Below, one piece after another: positions 1 through 9,799 of a stretch of 64,000 nt of DNA. Numbering within the stretch: the stretch's first letter is position 1; each line of letters opens with the position of its first letter. Under the pieces are notes generated by a model. It ran no database searches. It saw nothing but the letters and a program-made list of their open reading frames with translations, and was not told where the DNA came from. The DNA is taken from the sequence record NC_019521.1; one strand, given 5' to 3'. Position numbers and translations under genes: made by a program.

Positions 1-1
1 A

Positions 2-2512
2 GAAAATGGTCCAATTGTTGTTATGAACTTACGTAAGTTCGAAGCTGATACAGATAAGACAGAATTCCAAGGTCTTACTACAATGCTTACAACTCAATTA
101 GTCGATCAAAACGATTCGAAAGCTAACGAAATCGAATTTTCAAAAATGTTCACTACTGACAGATTATGGACACCGAAACCTGAAGCATTATTAAACGTTA
201 CTGATAGTAACTTGTTTATGATAGCAAATATTGGTTCTAAAAATCTTTCAGTTTTTGCAAGACGTTCACAAAATGCTGGATATCGTCAAACGATAGCAAA
301 TTACTACAGTAATCAAAACCGTCCAGTTCCAGAATATTTGAATCCTCAGGATTTAATGATCGATACAATGGTTGAAATATTCGTATTTAATACCGATTTT
401 TCTGACCCTGTTAAAAATCAAGCTTCTGAAACTTATGGACAATTCTTCGACGCTAACGGTTTAGTTCAAGAATATGTTACTAACACTGGTAATTTCGATG
501 CATTACAATTACTTACGACTATAACAGAAGCTGGATTTGTTCAACGTTTCGAGGGTTCATTGATTCCAGGATCATTAGATGCTAACAAAAATCCTTTCTA
601 TATTGAAGAACTTGTTAACGCTTCAGCTTTAGTAACTGGATTAATGTTGAAAGTCAATGATATAGCTTACGAAAACTATTCAGATTTCGAACCAGAATTC
701 GATGCTAATGATGAACCAGTTTACGAAAATAACGCTTCTAAACGTCCATATCCAATCGATCTAGTCGGTCAAAACTTATTTGATATTGATGGTACTGGTT
801 CGGTTGATGAAACTAAACTTACACCTACTATCAAAACTCTATCATATGATGGATATACTTTGACTAAAGGTGAAATTAAACGTAACACTGGTCAAGAATT
901 AAGTTACGATTTAAGTGAATTCAATAGTGATGTTCTTAAAGTTCCTGTTTATACTGATGCTACAGTTTTCACAGCTGATCAATCTACTTTGATCTTACCT
1001 GATATGATTCCTGTAAACATCGGTGATAAATACATTGCAGTAAATGGTAACCTTTGTACAGTATTCGATATTAAGAACTATGGTTCTGTAAAAACTTTGA
1101 AAGGTCTTGGAACTCCTGGATTGGCTATTCAAGCTGATGGTACAGAATTCCCTAAGAACCCTCAAGGTCTTTACATCTATCCAGCAGGTTCATCTAAAGC
1201 TGGTGATTTAGTAACATTCGGTACTAATGGTTTACCTGAAGACGCTGATACTTCTGATGAAATTCCAGTTCCAACTTTAACTGAAGCACAATTCGAAACA
1301 TTATATACTAAATACGGTGCTCTTATCAACTTCTTAAAAGTTAGATTCGATGGTTTCGTTGAGAATGGTTACAATACACCTGCTACAGAAACTATAGAAG
1401 TTGTTAAATCTGATGACAATACTGAAGTTGAATTGAAAGAATCACGTGCATTCTTGTTACGTTCCGCAACTAATAAGGCTTCTTTGAAATCATTCAAATT
1501 AAAACCTTACAAAGCTAGACCTAGTCAGTTTACTAACGGTACTAACGAAAATCAAAAAGATGTATTATCAGTTTTAGGAATTCCTGGAATCGTTGCTGGT
1601 TTGAAAGCTATTCAAGAATCTGGAGTAATGAAATTCAGATATATTGTTGACGCATTCAAAACTTACATCGAACCAAATGCTAAATCTGAATTGGCTACTT
1701 TAGCACATCAAACTAATTCTAGAGCGATAGCTAACATGCCATTTATGAAAGACTTTAGTGATTCTAAAAATCCATATTTCAGAAACACTCCTCAGTCTGA
1801 TTTAGATTTATCGTTCATTCCTAAAGGTGGTAACAGAAATATAGCTTCTAACAATACGTTCTCTTTACCTAAAGATTACGCCGATAAGATTTGGTTCTTC
1901 GGACCTGGATTGAAAGCTAATCATTATGGTACAACTGTTATCGTTCCACCTGCTGGAGCTGTATCAAAAGCGTTTGTTAACAAGTTTATAGCTGGTCAAC
2001 CTTACGATACTGTTGCTAACACCACTGGTTTATTCGCAGTTGATTCGGTAGCTGACGTTGAATATCCATTAACTAAGGAAGAAACTGGACCTCTTGAGAA
2101 ATTCGGTTACAATCCAATCGTTAACGATTCACGTTTAGGTTTGAAAATCTATGGTGATTTCACAGCTAAGAATGATGTAATAACTGATTTATCTAAGATT
2201 CATATTTCTGAGCTAGTTCTTACAATTCAGGAAGAATTCGAAGCTATATTACGTAGTTATCCATTCAAAGCTAATAACCTCGGTAATCGCTTGAAATTGA
2301 AAACTGAAGCTGATCGTATCATGCAACGTATTCAAGATAATGGTGGTGTCGTTTGGTATTTGAATATCTGTGACGAATCTAACAATACTCAGGACATTAT
2401 AAATCGTGACCTTGGTATTATCGAAACTCATATCCAAGCTACTAAAAATGGTGAAAAATGGGTACATGTACTTACATTACACAATAACTTACCATCTTTC
2501 GAAATAAGATAG
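2..2512 (+). CDS. gp18: Contractile tail sheath protein (5'-truncated by window edge)
   Basis: Frame is open upstream of ATG 23 to position 2 (ENGPIVV). C-terminal sheath motifs: PPAGAVS, LEKFGYNPIV, GLKIYGDFTA, LSKIHISEL, FKANNLGNR. Confidence 0.9.
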   Translation, partial: ENGPIVVMNLRKFEADTDKTEFQGLTTMLTTQLVDQNDSKANEIEFSKMFTTDRLWTPKPEALLNVTDSNLFMIANIGSKNLSVFARRSQNAGYRQTIANYYSNQNRPVPEYLNPQDLMIDTMVEIFVFNTDFSDPVKNQASETYGQFFDANGLVQEYVTNTGNFDALQLLTTITEAGFVQRFEGSLIPGSLDANKNPFYIEELVNASALVTGLMLKVNDIAYENYSDFEPEFDANDEPVYENNASKRPYPIDLVGQNLFDIDGTGSVDETKLTPTIKTLSYDGYTLTKGEIKRNTGQELSYDLSEFNSDVLKVPVYTDATVFTADQSTLILPDMIPVNIGDKYIAVNGNLCTVFDIKNYGSVKTLKGLGTPGLAIQADGTEFPKNPQGLYIYPAGSSKAGDLVTFGTNGLPEDADTSDEIPVPTLTEAQFETLYTKYGALINFLKVRFDGFVENGYNTPATETIEVVKSDDNTEVELKESRAFLLRSATNKASLKSFKLKPYKARPSQFTNGTNENQKDVLSVLGIPGIVAGLKAIQESGVMKFRYIVDAFKTYIEPNAKSELATLAHQTNSRAIANMPFMKDFSDSKNPYFRNTPQSDLDLSFIPKGGNRNIASNNTFSLPKDYADKIWFFGPGLKANHYGTTVIVPPAGAVSKAFVNKFIAGQPYDTVANTTGLFAVDSVADVEYPLTKEETGPLEKFGYNPIVNDSRLGLKIYGDFTAKNDVITDLSKIHISELVLTIQEEFEAILRSYPFKANNLGNRLKLKTEADRIMQRIQDNGGVVWYLNICDESNNTQDIINRDLGIIETHIQATKNGEKWVHVLTLHNNLPSFEIR

Positions 2513-2521
2513 TAAGCATTT

Positions 2522-2555
2522 CATGAATGGGATATTTTTATCCCATTCATGTTTT
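2522..2555 (+). terminator. Intrinsic terminator after the sheath gene
   Basis: 13-bp stem CATGAATGGGATA, 4-nt loop, T-tract. Confidence 0.75.
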
Positions 2556-2562
2556 ATACATA
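2555..2562 (+). promoter_or_regulatory. Late promoter box TATACATA
   Basis: Abuts a terminator U-tract, upstream of 2615. Confidence 0.6.
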
Positions 2563-2614
2563 CAAAAAGGAAACACCTAATATCTTACGTAAGCATTAGG
2601 AATTAATTCGCATT

Positions 2615-3715
2615 ATGAAAAAATTAAGTACTACATTAAAACAATCTTCAAAAGCTTTAAATGAATCTGCAATCGATTCTAAAGAGTCGTTTTTCAGATT
2701 TGGTATGACAGCATTATCTATGAGCAAGGGTGCTGATTATACCGATGAAGATTCTCATTTAATTCTTACAAACATTTATGAATCTTCCTATCCGAATTAT
2801 TCAGAAATGATTCAAGAATTAACTAAAATCGTTATGACTGATTCTCAGAAATCTAAGAAAGCTGGAAAATTAATTACTGAGATTTTCACAGACTTAGCTA
2901 ACAATCCTAACGTTTCTTCATTTTATCATAAATTATCGCAAGCGATGTCTTACGACACTATCGCTACTGTCGAATGCTATGTTAATAATCTTGCTTTAAT
3001 TTCAGAACAAATAAACGTAACTGACATAGACCTAACCAAATATCTGACACCAACATGTCCAGATATTCAACCAGTCATTGAAATGATTTGTTCACCTACA
3101 CATGCTATGCAGGTTGTTGAATCAGCTTTATTATTGTATTCTTACATTTTAGCTAACAATACACCTGATATAGATTTAGGTAGTTTCAAACAATTTTATA
3201 CAGATATCATACAAGTATATAACGAATTCAAAACATCATTCGAGGTATATTCTTACGATATTACAACAGCTAAGAATTTCTTTCAAACTACGTTATCTTT
3301 CAAAGACCCTACATTTTACCTATCGGCTGATAAACTAGAAACTAACGTATCAGAAAGTATGATACCTTTGTTTTTAGGATCGTTCATGAATATCTTTTGG
3401 GAAGGATATTTAGTTAACAGTGAACAATTGATTCGTAGAGTTGATGTGAACGTATTACATAAATTCGAAAATACTTTCACAGGTTTTCTTAAGCTTAACA
3501 AATTATTTGTTAACGAATTATTCAGATTAGATCAGAATAATTTATCGTCAACAAGATTAAAACAATTGTATTATCTAGGACTTCAATTAGCTGCAAAAGT
3601 TAAAGACATGTCAACTAGAAGACTATACATGGATTTCTTAAATGTTTCGAAAGATGTTATTGATGAACTTACAGTAATCGAATCACGTCTTAATGGAATT
3701 TTAAGTACAAGATAA
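2615..3715 (+). CDS. Hypothetical virion protein with N-terminal LNE pro-peptide-like motif
   Basis: 366 aa between sheath and tube, behind the late box at 2555. Begins MKKLSTTLKQSSKALNES. Confidence 0.7.
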   Translation: MKKLSTTLKQSSKALNESAIDSKESFFRFGMTALSMSKGADYTDEDSHLILTNIYESSYPNYSEMIQELTKIVMTDSQKSKKAGKLITEIFTDLANNPNVSSFYHKLSQAMSYDTIATVECYVNNLALISEQINVTDIDLTKYLTPTCPDIQPVIEMICSPTHAMQVVESALLLYSYILANNTPDIDLGSFKQFYTDIIQVYNEFKTSFEVYSYDITTAKNFFQTTLSFKDPTFYLSADKLETNVSESMIPLFLGSFMNIFWEGYLVNSEQLIRRVDVNVLHKFENTFTGFLKLNKLFVNELFRLDQNNLSSTRLKQLYYLGLQLAAKVKDMSTRRLYMDFLNVSKDVIDELTVIESRLNGILSTR

Positions 3716-3717
3716 TT

Positions 3718-3725
3718 TATACATA
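3718..3725 (+). promoter_or_regulatory. Late promoter box TATACATA
   Basis: 23 nt before the tail tube ATG. Confidence 0.7.
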
Positions 3726-3748
3726 CAATATTAAAACATATTATACAC

Positions 3749-4303
3749 ATGAAACTACCACATACTAGAAATTCGGCTGCAGGTTCAAATATGTATGAAC
3801 CAGTTGTAGCATCGCAATTCGCAGCCTACATATTTCCAGCTGCGGGTGTTACTAATGATCCTTTGATTTTACAAGATCATATTCGTAATGTCGTTGGACT
3901 GTTCGAAGATAAAACAGGTGATAACGTTATTACACAAAAGTTCCAAACTGCTACACGTACTTATGATAGCAATGATAAAGGTGATACAAGTTATACCTTT
4001 ACTATTACTTTCACTTTGAACTTAAATGATGCAAATCAAAACTACGTTTACAAGATCATACGTGATTGGGCTCGTAAGAAATACAATCCGTTAACCGGTG
4101 AACGTGGATTAAAACGTGATTATGTTGGAACAATAGTTGTTCAAAAACATGACAGGGTTGGAAATATCTTCCATACTCGTACAGCTATTCAATGTTTCCC
4201 TAACAGTAACATTCCAGATTTAACGAATGATTACGATAACCATGAAGCTCAAGAAATTGATATCCAATTCGTAGCTGACTGGGTAGATGAAACAGAATTG
4301 TAA
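3749..4303 (+). CDS. gp19: Tail tube protein (T4 gp19-like)
   Basis: 184 aa after sheath. Motifs IRDWARKKYNPLTGERGLKRDY, IVVQKHDRVG, CFP, FVADW are typical of gp19-like tubes. Confidence 0.85.
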   Translation: MKLPHTRNSAAGSNMYEPVVASQFAAYIFPAAGVTNDPLILQDHIRNVVGLFEDKTGDNVITQKFQTATRTYDSNDKGDTSYTFTITFTLNLNDANQNYVYKIIRDWARKKYNPLTGERGLKRDYVGTIVVQKHDRVGNIFHTRTAIQCFPNSNIPDLTNDYDNHEAQEIDIQFVADWVDETEL

Positions 4304-4322
4304 GAATTAGTAAAATACAAAT

Positions 4323-4353
4323 GGAATCATCTTACTCTTAATAAGATGATTCC
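4323..4353 (+). terminator. Hairpin after the tube gene (terminator or stability element)
   Basis: 12-bp stem GGAATCATCTTA, 7-nt loop, no clear T-tract. Confidence 0.45.
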
Positions 4354-4375
4354 TAAATAATATTCAAAGAAACAA

Positions 4376-5323
4376 ATGACTAAAAAGAAAGAATCAACCG
4401 AAGAATTACAGATGCAAGCTTTGGAAGCTTTGGAAGCTGTTAAAAATCTTGGAAAAATCGAAACTCCGAAAGCACCAGAAGTAAGTGACATAGTGAAAAT
4501 CACTTTAGGTGAACATATGCTAGACTTGTCAGAACTTAGCTATGATGGTGCATTTTATCCAGAAGGTACTGTAATCAAATATCGCGCTGCTGATACTAGA
4601 GAAATCAAACATTTCTCGATGGTTAATGAAAACTCTCCAATCGCTGTAGATGACGCAATGAAGCAATTGATTAATTCATGTGTTTCTATCTATAACGAAA
4701 AAGGTAAGAAATTAGCGTTTACTAATCTACAAGCTGTTGATAGATTTATCTTCGCTTTAAAAGTTCGTGAAGCTACTTACGCAAATCCCGAATCGAAATT
4801 AACTTACGATGTTAGTTGTCCATGTGGTGAAAGTAAATTCAAAATCGAATTGACTACCGACAAAATTGTTAAACCTGAATTTAACGAATTCCAGAAACAA
4901 CATTACAAGGAACATCTTAGAGCTTTCGAAATCGTATCTAAAACTTTTGGGTCTATCATAGTCGAACCGTTAACATTATATCGTGAAAATCTTTATCGTG
5001 AATACGCTTTAGGATTAGCAGAAAAAGGTCAAGCGATCGATACATTGTTTTCTGAACTGTATTGGTTACTAGTTAATTCAAGTAATCAGTATGACAAAGA
5101 TATCATGGAAAATACTTTCTATCGTTATCAAAAGATGGATAAATACGAATTGGCTTTCTATGTTGAAGCTAACAAACGTTTAAAACTTGAACCAATCAAT
5201 CAGATAAAAGACAATTGTCAAAATAGCTCTTGTAGCCGGGAGGTCTACCATGATATTGTGTTTCCCGACGGAATCAAATATCTTTTCGTTGATACAGCTT
5301 CCGTCGCTTCGGAATTTTCTTAA
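4376..5323 (+). CDS. Baseplate hub/tail assembly protein (T4 gp26-like) with Zn-binding Cys
   Basis: 315 aa between tube and tape measure. Has CPCG and CxNxxC motifs plus DRFIFALKVR. Confidence 0.6.
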   Translation: MTKKKESTEELQMQALEALEAVKNLGKIETPKAPEVSDIVKITLGEHMLDLSELSYDGAFYPEGTVIKYRAADTREIKHFSMVNENSPIAVDDAMKQLINSCVSIYNEKGKKLAFTNLQAVDRFIFALKVREATYANPESKLTYDVSCPCGESKFKIELTTDKIVKPEFNEFQKQHYKEHLRAFEIVSKTFGSIIVEPLTLYRENLYREYALGLAEKGQAIDTLFSELYWLLVNSSNQYDKDIMENTFYRYQKMDKYELAFYVEANKRLKLEPINQIKDNCQNSSCSREVYHDIVFPDGIKYLFVDTASVASEFS

Positions 5324-5540
5324 GGAGCGTATGATGCTTCAAAAACATTTAGGAGTCCCTCCAGATTCACTGGACGGGCTTCCGTTTTATGAAGTTCAAT
5401 ACATGATAGAAGACTTACATGAACATTTAAAAGAGGAAGCTAAAGAAAACGAAAGACAAGCTGAGGAATCTAAACGTCAACAAGCAGCTATGAAACTTCC
5501 GAAACCTAGACCTAGTACAATACCAAAAATGAAACGATAA
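5250..5540 (+). CDS. Baseplate hub assembly catalyst / tail chaperone (T4 gp51-like); start uncertain (5250, TTG 5289 or 5331)
   Basis: LRNFLKERMMLQKHLGVPPDSLDGLPFYEV resembles gp51-like proteins. AAGGAG lies before ATG 5331. Confidence 0.55.
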   Translation: MILCFPTESNIFSLIQLPSLRNFLKERMMLQKHLGVPPDSLDGLPFYEVQYMIEDLHEHLKEEAKENERQAEESKRQQAAMKLPKPRPSTIPKMKR

Positions 5541-5543
5541 CAA

Positions 5544-5984
5544 ATGGACATATTGATTGACTTCGACGGTACATGTGTAACACATGATTTTCCAAACGTC
5601 GGTAAAGATATTGGAGCTAAAAGAGTTCTTAAGAAATTAGTTGACAATGGACACAGATTGATACTGTTTACTATGCGTTCAGATGTTGAAAATCCTACAT
5701 CAGAAGATACTAATATTCTTTGTAAAGGTGGAAATTATCTAACTGATGCTGTAAATTGGTTTAAAGAAAATGATATACCTCTTTACGGAATCAATACTAA
5801 TCCTACTCAGAAATCTTGGACTCATTCTCCTAAAGCTTACGGTCAATTAATAATCGACGATATTGGATTAGGTATTCCTTTAGTTTATGATAAAGATATA
5901 TCAGATAGACCATTCGTAGATTGGATCAAAATCGAATATATGTTAATCGATATGGGAATCATAAAATTTATAGAATTTAGTTGA
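5544..5984 (+). CDS. HAD-superfamily hydrolase (BT0820-like)
   Basis: DFDGT motif I, LILFTMRS motif II, SPK and IIDD motifs III/IV. Confidence 0.8.
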   Translation: MDILIDFDGTCVTHDFPNVGKDIGAKRVLKKLVDNGHRLILFTMRSDVENPTSEDTNILCKGGNYLTDAVNWFKENDIPLYGINTNPTQKSWTHSPKAYGQLIIDDIGLGIPLVYDKDISDRPFVDWIKIEYMLIDMGIIKFIEFS

Positions 5985-5992
5985 TATACATA
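5985..5992 (+). promoter_or_regulatory. Late promoter box TATACATA
   Basis: 18 nt before ATG 6011. Confidence 0.65.
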
Positions 5993-6010
5993 TAAAAATA
6001 CTTAATCAAA

Positions 6011-6319
6011 ATGCGAAAAATGAATAGGAGCGAACTTTACTTTAGATTGAACACAGCTTTAAAAGGCGTTGTTACAACTAGAGGTATTTCATATAGCGTT
6101 AATGTTTTTAACGATAATACTGGAATAGTTCAAGTAAACGTTTCTATTAGTAATATGCGAGCATCAGTTTTAGCTTGCGTTAAAGAAAATGATGACGGGA
6201 CATGGTCAGTATCAGATAATAGCTATACGATAGTTGTTGATAACTTAAATCAAGTTGGAAGCACTATAATTCGTATGGTTACAAAAATTCGTACTCTACG
6301 CTCAAGAATTAACACGTAA
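6011..6319 (+). CDS. Hypothetical late protein (3' end possibly frameshifted)
   Basis: 102-aa ORF behind the late box at 5985. Confidence 0.6.
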   Translation: MRKMNRSELYFRLNTALKGVVTTRGISYSVNVFNDNTGIVQVNVSISNMRASVLACVKENDDGTWSVSDNSYTIVVDNLNQVGSTIIRMVTKIRTLRSRINT

Positions 6320-6375
6320 TTATTACGTTAACGAAACTTGGTCTGGTCAACCTCGTCAAATGTTTCTTTGTTTCT

Positions 6376-6409
6376 ACCGGTTATGATGTGATATCGTAAC
6401 CGGTTTTTT
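6376..6409 (+). terminator. Intrinsic terminator
   Basis: ACCGGTTATGAT/ATCGTAACCGGT followed by a T-run. Confidence 0.75.
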
Positions 6410-6413
6410 AGTT

Positions 6414-6421
6414 TATACATA
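6414..6421 (+). promoter_or_regulatory. Late promoter box TATACATA
   Basis: 17 nt before the tape measure ATG. Confidence 0.7.
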
Positions 6422-6438
6422 TTTCATAAAACAATTAT

Positions 6439-9400
6439 ATGGCTACTTCAGGATCATTTACTGGAAATAAGGACGATAGTTCACCTGACATCACGGCTGT
6501 TATGTTAAATGGTTTTACTGGTTTAATGAATACGTTAAAAAAGAATCATGAAACTGTAAATAACATAAGCGAAACGTCTGAAGCTATTCTTTCTGAAATT
6601 TCAAGAGGAAACAAAAATCAAAACTTAGAAGCTAAGATTCTTATAAACGCTGTTGCGAAATCATATGATTTAGTCAAGAAAGAAACTAATCCGATACTTA
6701 ACAACATTGTTGAAGCTATAAAGAATATTAGTCTAAATGATGGTACTGTCGTAACCAATAAAGACGGTATTCAAATTGTTAAATGGGATGAAAAACAATT
6801 TCAAGCATTTCTACTAAATAAAGACGATTTACAGCAAGATGCTTCTAAGCAAATAAATTCTATAGAATCTTTATTCAAAACCGTAATAGGAGGATTATCT
6901 GAATTAAAAGAACAATCGAAAGGATTTTCTATTCGAAACATGTTCTCTTCGATATTCGAACCTTCTTTCGTTAAACAGGCTAAAGATTTTACGAAAGCTT
7001 ACAAAGTGGTTATTAACGGTATATCAGCTTCATTGATAACGTTAGATAAAGATTCTAAGAAAATTGAAAGAGCTGGAAATATTCTAACAAGTACTATCGA
7101 AAAAATAAATTCAGCAATTTCTGATAATCCAAATGCTCCAGCATACTTTAAGAAATTAGCTGGAGGTATAGCTTTACTTGGATTATCTTTAACAGCTTTT
7201 GCGTTAGTATCTCCTGCAGTTTTAGTTGCGGTTGGTGCTTTAACTTTACTAAAAGGTGTAACCTTCGTAATGACTAGAACTACTGCTAAAGACATGCTAA
7301 AAATATCAGCAGCTATAGCTTTATTTGGTTTAGCAATTTGGGGATTAAGTGAAATCGTAACTTTAGAATCTACATTAAAAACAGCTACTGCTATTATACT
7401 TCTCGGATTGGCTATCAAGGGATTTACAATGGCTATTGGTACAGGTCTTGGAAGGAATGGTTTAAGAACATTACTATTAACGACAGTTTCTGTAGCAGCT
7501 TTAGGTTTAGCATTACAAACATATAACGATGTAGAATGGGAATCGATGTTGAAAGCTGCTGGAGCGTTAACTGTTCTAACAGGGGCTATGTATTTGATAT
7601 CTAAAGTACCTAGTGCTAGTGTTGGTAGTTTAGCTTTATTAGCTGGAGCTGCTGCAATTGGAGCTATAGGTCTAGCATTACAGTTAATGCCAAAGAATAC
7701 AGACATTTATTTACCTGTAGGATTGTTCATTGCTGGATTTGGAACAACATTAGCTTTAGCTGGAACTGTTGCACCATTCATTGCAGCAGGTGCTGCGGCG
7801 ATGTTAGTTGGTGGAGCTGCATTATTAGTAATGGGTGGGGCTTTAGCTGTTATAAATGCTGTAAATTACGATAAAGCTAAAATCGATAGTTTTACTGATT
7901 CATTAGTTTATCTGATAAATTCTATCGGTGATCCAATGTTAATCGCTAAAGCTGTATCAGCTTCATTATCATCTGTACCTATGTTAGCTGTAACTTCCAT
8001 GTCAATGGTGATGGCTTTAGAATTAGCTGCGATAGGAGCTTTAGGATATAACAATGATAACGTAGCTCAATTTGGTGTTGGTGTTACTTTGTTAGCTAAC
8101 GTTCTTGGAAATCCTGTATTAATTGCTAAAGCTTTAGGTGCTACTGTATCAAGTGCTGCATTATTGGCTACAACTTCTATGTCATTAGTAATGGCTTTAG
8201 AATTAGCTGCTATCGGTGCTTTAACGTTCAATCAAGATAATATTGCTGTATTCGGTGAAGGTATGAAAATGTTATCAAAAACTTACATCGATTTAGCTAC
8301 AAGTATTGGAATCATCGGAGCAGCGAAATTAACAGGTGGTGTATTACTAGCTACTGAAATGGCTTTAGCAACACCTCCAATAGCTTTCGCTTTAATGTCA
8401 GTTAGTATAATGTCAAGATTAATCAGTAACGAATCTATTGATAGATTTGATTACGGATTAAACAAATTGATAAAAGTATTCGTTGATAACGCTCCAGCTG
8501 TTCTTAAGAATCGTGAATTACCTAAAGCTGTTAGAATGATACGAGACATGTCAGATTCTACAGTTGGTATTTCCAGAGGTATTAGTGAATTTGTTAAGAT
8601 AGCTGACAAACCAGATTTAATCAATACTGCTGTAACAGGTGTTGGGGATTTCGTTGATAGAATGATTACTATCTTATCAGATAAAGGTCAGTTACTAGCT
8701 TCATTACCTAAAGATGCTATGAGAATCCTAGGTCTAGGTAATCTAATGAAAGACATAGCAGACGGAATGGTTTCTATGGGTAAGTTGGAATATTACGAAA
8801 CTAAGTTAGTTGATGGTCAGATAGTTAAGGTTGGACAAGCTAAGAAATTTACAGCTGCAGATTTCCAAGAAGTTGGAAAATCTATCGATCTATTCATATC
8901 AGCTGTATCAGAACCTTTAGCTAAAATAGGTGACCAAGGAGGATTATTCTCTTCGAACAAAACTAAGAAAGGTATTCAAGCTTTATCAGATATAGGTAAC
9001 GTATTCAATCCAATCATAGGAATTGTTCAAGCTTTCAAATTGGGTGAGAAACAGATAACTAACGATGACGCTATAGAAATAACACAAGTTCTTAATACTA
9101 TCATATTTGGTATATCTTCTACGTTTACTAAACTTGAACAAGATGGAACTTTAGAATATTTCAATACTGAATCGGTTATGATGAAAGGATTATCTGACGT
9201 ATTCAAATCGTTAGGAGGTCTTAAAGGTGATGAATTAAATAAAGTTACTAAAGAAATCAATACAGTATTCGATCGTATAGCTGACGACAAACCATTCAAT
9301 AAACTTATAACTAATCTTGGAAAGATTCGTAAAGAAGCTACAATGATTAAGAATGAGGTTAACAAATTCGATTTGACTAAGCTAACAATGTTTAATCAAA

Positions 9401-9729
9401 TGACTAAGAATTTGATGGATGCTTCGAAAACTGGGGAATTGCATCAGTTAGTAAATGCTATACGAATGTTAGTTGATGAAATACGTGAAGTTCGTGCTAC
9501 ACCACCTCCTCAACCTCAACCACAGTTACCACAATCTATTGTTACTAACAATCAGCAAGTTAACGAAGTTGTTAGTAAAGTAACAGGTGCTAAAGTTCAG
9601 GAAAAATCTAAAGTTGAAGTTCTTGAAGAGCAATTAACACAAGCTTTAGAATTGATTAAAACCGAACTTAAAAATCTTAATAGGAAAGTACAAAATCCAA
9701 TGCCTGTTCAAGTCATTAAGGAAATCTAA
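6439..9729 (+). CDS. Tape measure protein
   Basis: 1096 aa, Ala/Gly/Leu-rich helical and hydrophobic repeats, downstream of tube/chaperones, own late box at 6414. Confidence 0.8.
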   Translation: MATSGSFTGNKDDSSPDITAVMLNGFTGLMNTLKKNHETVNNISETSEAILSEISRGNKNQNLEAKILINAVAKSYDLVKKETNPILNNIVEAIKNISLNDGTVVTNKDGIQIVKWDEKQFQAFLLNKDDLQQDASKQINSIESLFKTVIGGLSELKEQSKGFSIRNMFSSIFEPSFVKQAKDFTKAYKVVINGISASLITLDKDSKKIERAGNILTSTIEKINSAISDNPNAPAYFKKLAGGIALLGLSLTAFALVSPAVLVAVGALTLLKGVTFVMTRTTAKDMLKISAAIALFGLAIWGLSEIVTLESTLKTATAIILLGLAIKGFTMAIGTGLGRNGLRTLLLTTVSVAALGLALQTYNDVEWESMLKAAGALTVLTGAMYLISKVPSASVGSLALLAGAAAIGAIGLALQLMPKNTDIYLPVGLFIAGFGTTLALAGTVAPFIAAGAAAMLVGGAALLVMGGALAVINAVNYDKAKIDSFTDSLVYLINSIGDPMLIAKAVSASLSSVPMLAVTSMSMVMALELAAIGALGYNNDNVAQFGVGVTLLANVLGNPVLIAKALGATVSSAALLATTSMSLVMALELAAIGALTFNQDNIAVFGEGMKMLSKTYIDLATSIGIIGAAKLTGGVLLATEMALATPPIAFALMSVSIMSRLISNESIDRFDYGLNKLIKVFVDNAPAVLKNRELPKAVRMIRDMSDSTVGISRGISEFVKIADKPDLINTAVTGVGDFVDRMITILSDKGQLLASLPKDAMRILGLGNLMKDIADGMVSMGKLEYYETKLVDGQIVKVGQAKKFTAADFQEVGKSIDLFISAVSEPLAKIGDQGGLFSSNKTKKGIQALSDIGNVFNPIIGIVQAFKLGEKQITNDDAIEITQVLNTIIFGISSTFTKLEQDGTLEYFNTESVMMKGLSDVFKSLGGLKGDELNKVTKEINTVFDRIADDKPFNKLITNLGKIRKEATMIKNEVNKFDLTKLTMFNQMTKNLMDASKTGELHQLVNAIRMLVDEIREVRATPPPQPQPQLPQSIVTNNQQVNEVVSKVTGAKVQEKSKVEVLEEQLTQALELIKTELKNLNRKVQNPMPVQVIKEI

Positions 9730-9735
9730 TAAACG

Positions 9736-9764
9736 AAACCAGTTCTTAACGGAACTGGTTTTTT
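9736..9764 (+). terminator. Intrinsic terminator after the tape measure gene
   Basis: AAACCAGTTC/GAACTGGTTT followed by a T-run. Confidence 0.8.
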
Positions 9765-9768
9765 AGTT

Positions 9769-9776
9769 TATACATA
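9769..9776 (+). promoter_or_regulatory. Late promoter box TATACATA
   Basis: 23 nt before ATG 9800. Confidence 0.7.
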
Positions 9777-9799
9777 TTACCAATAAACATAATAACGAA

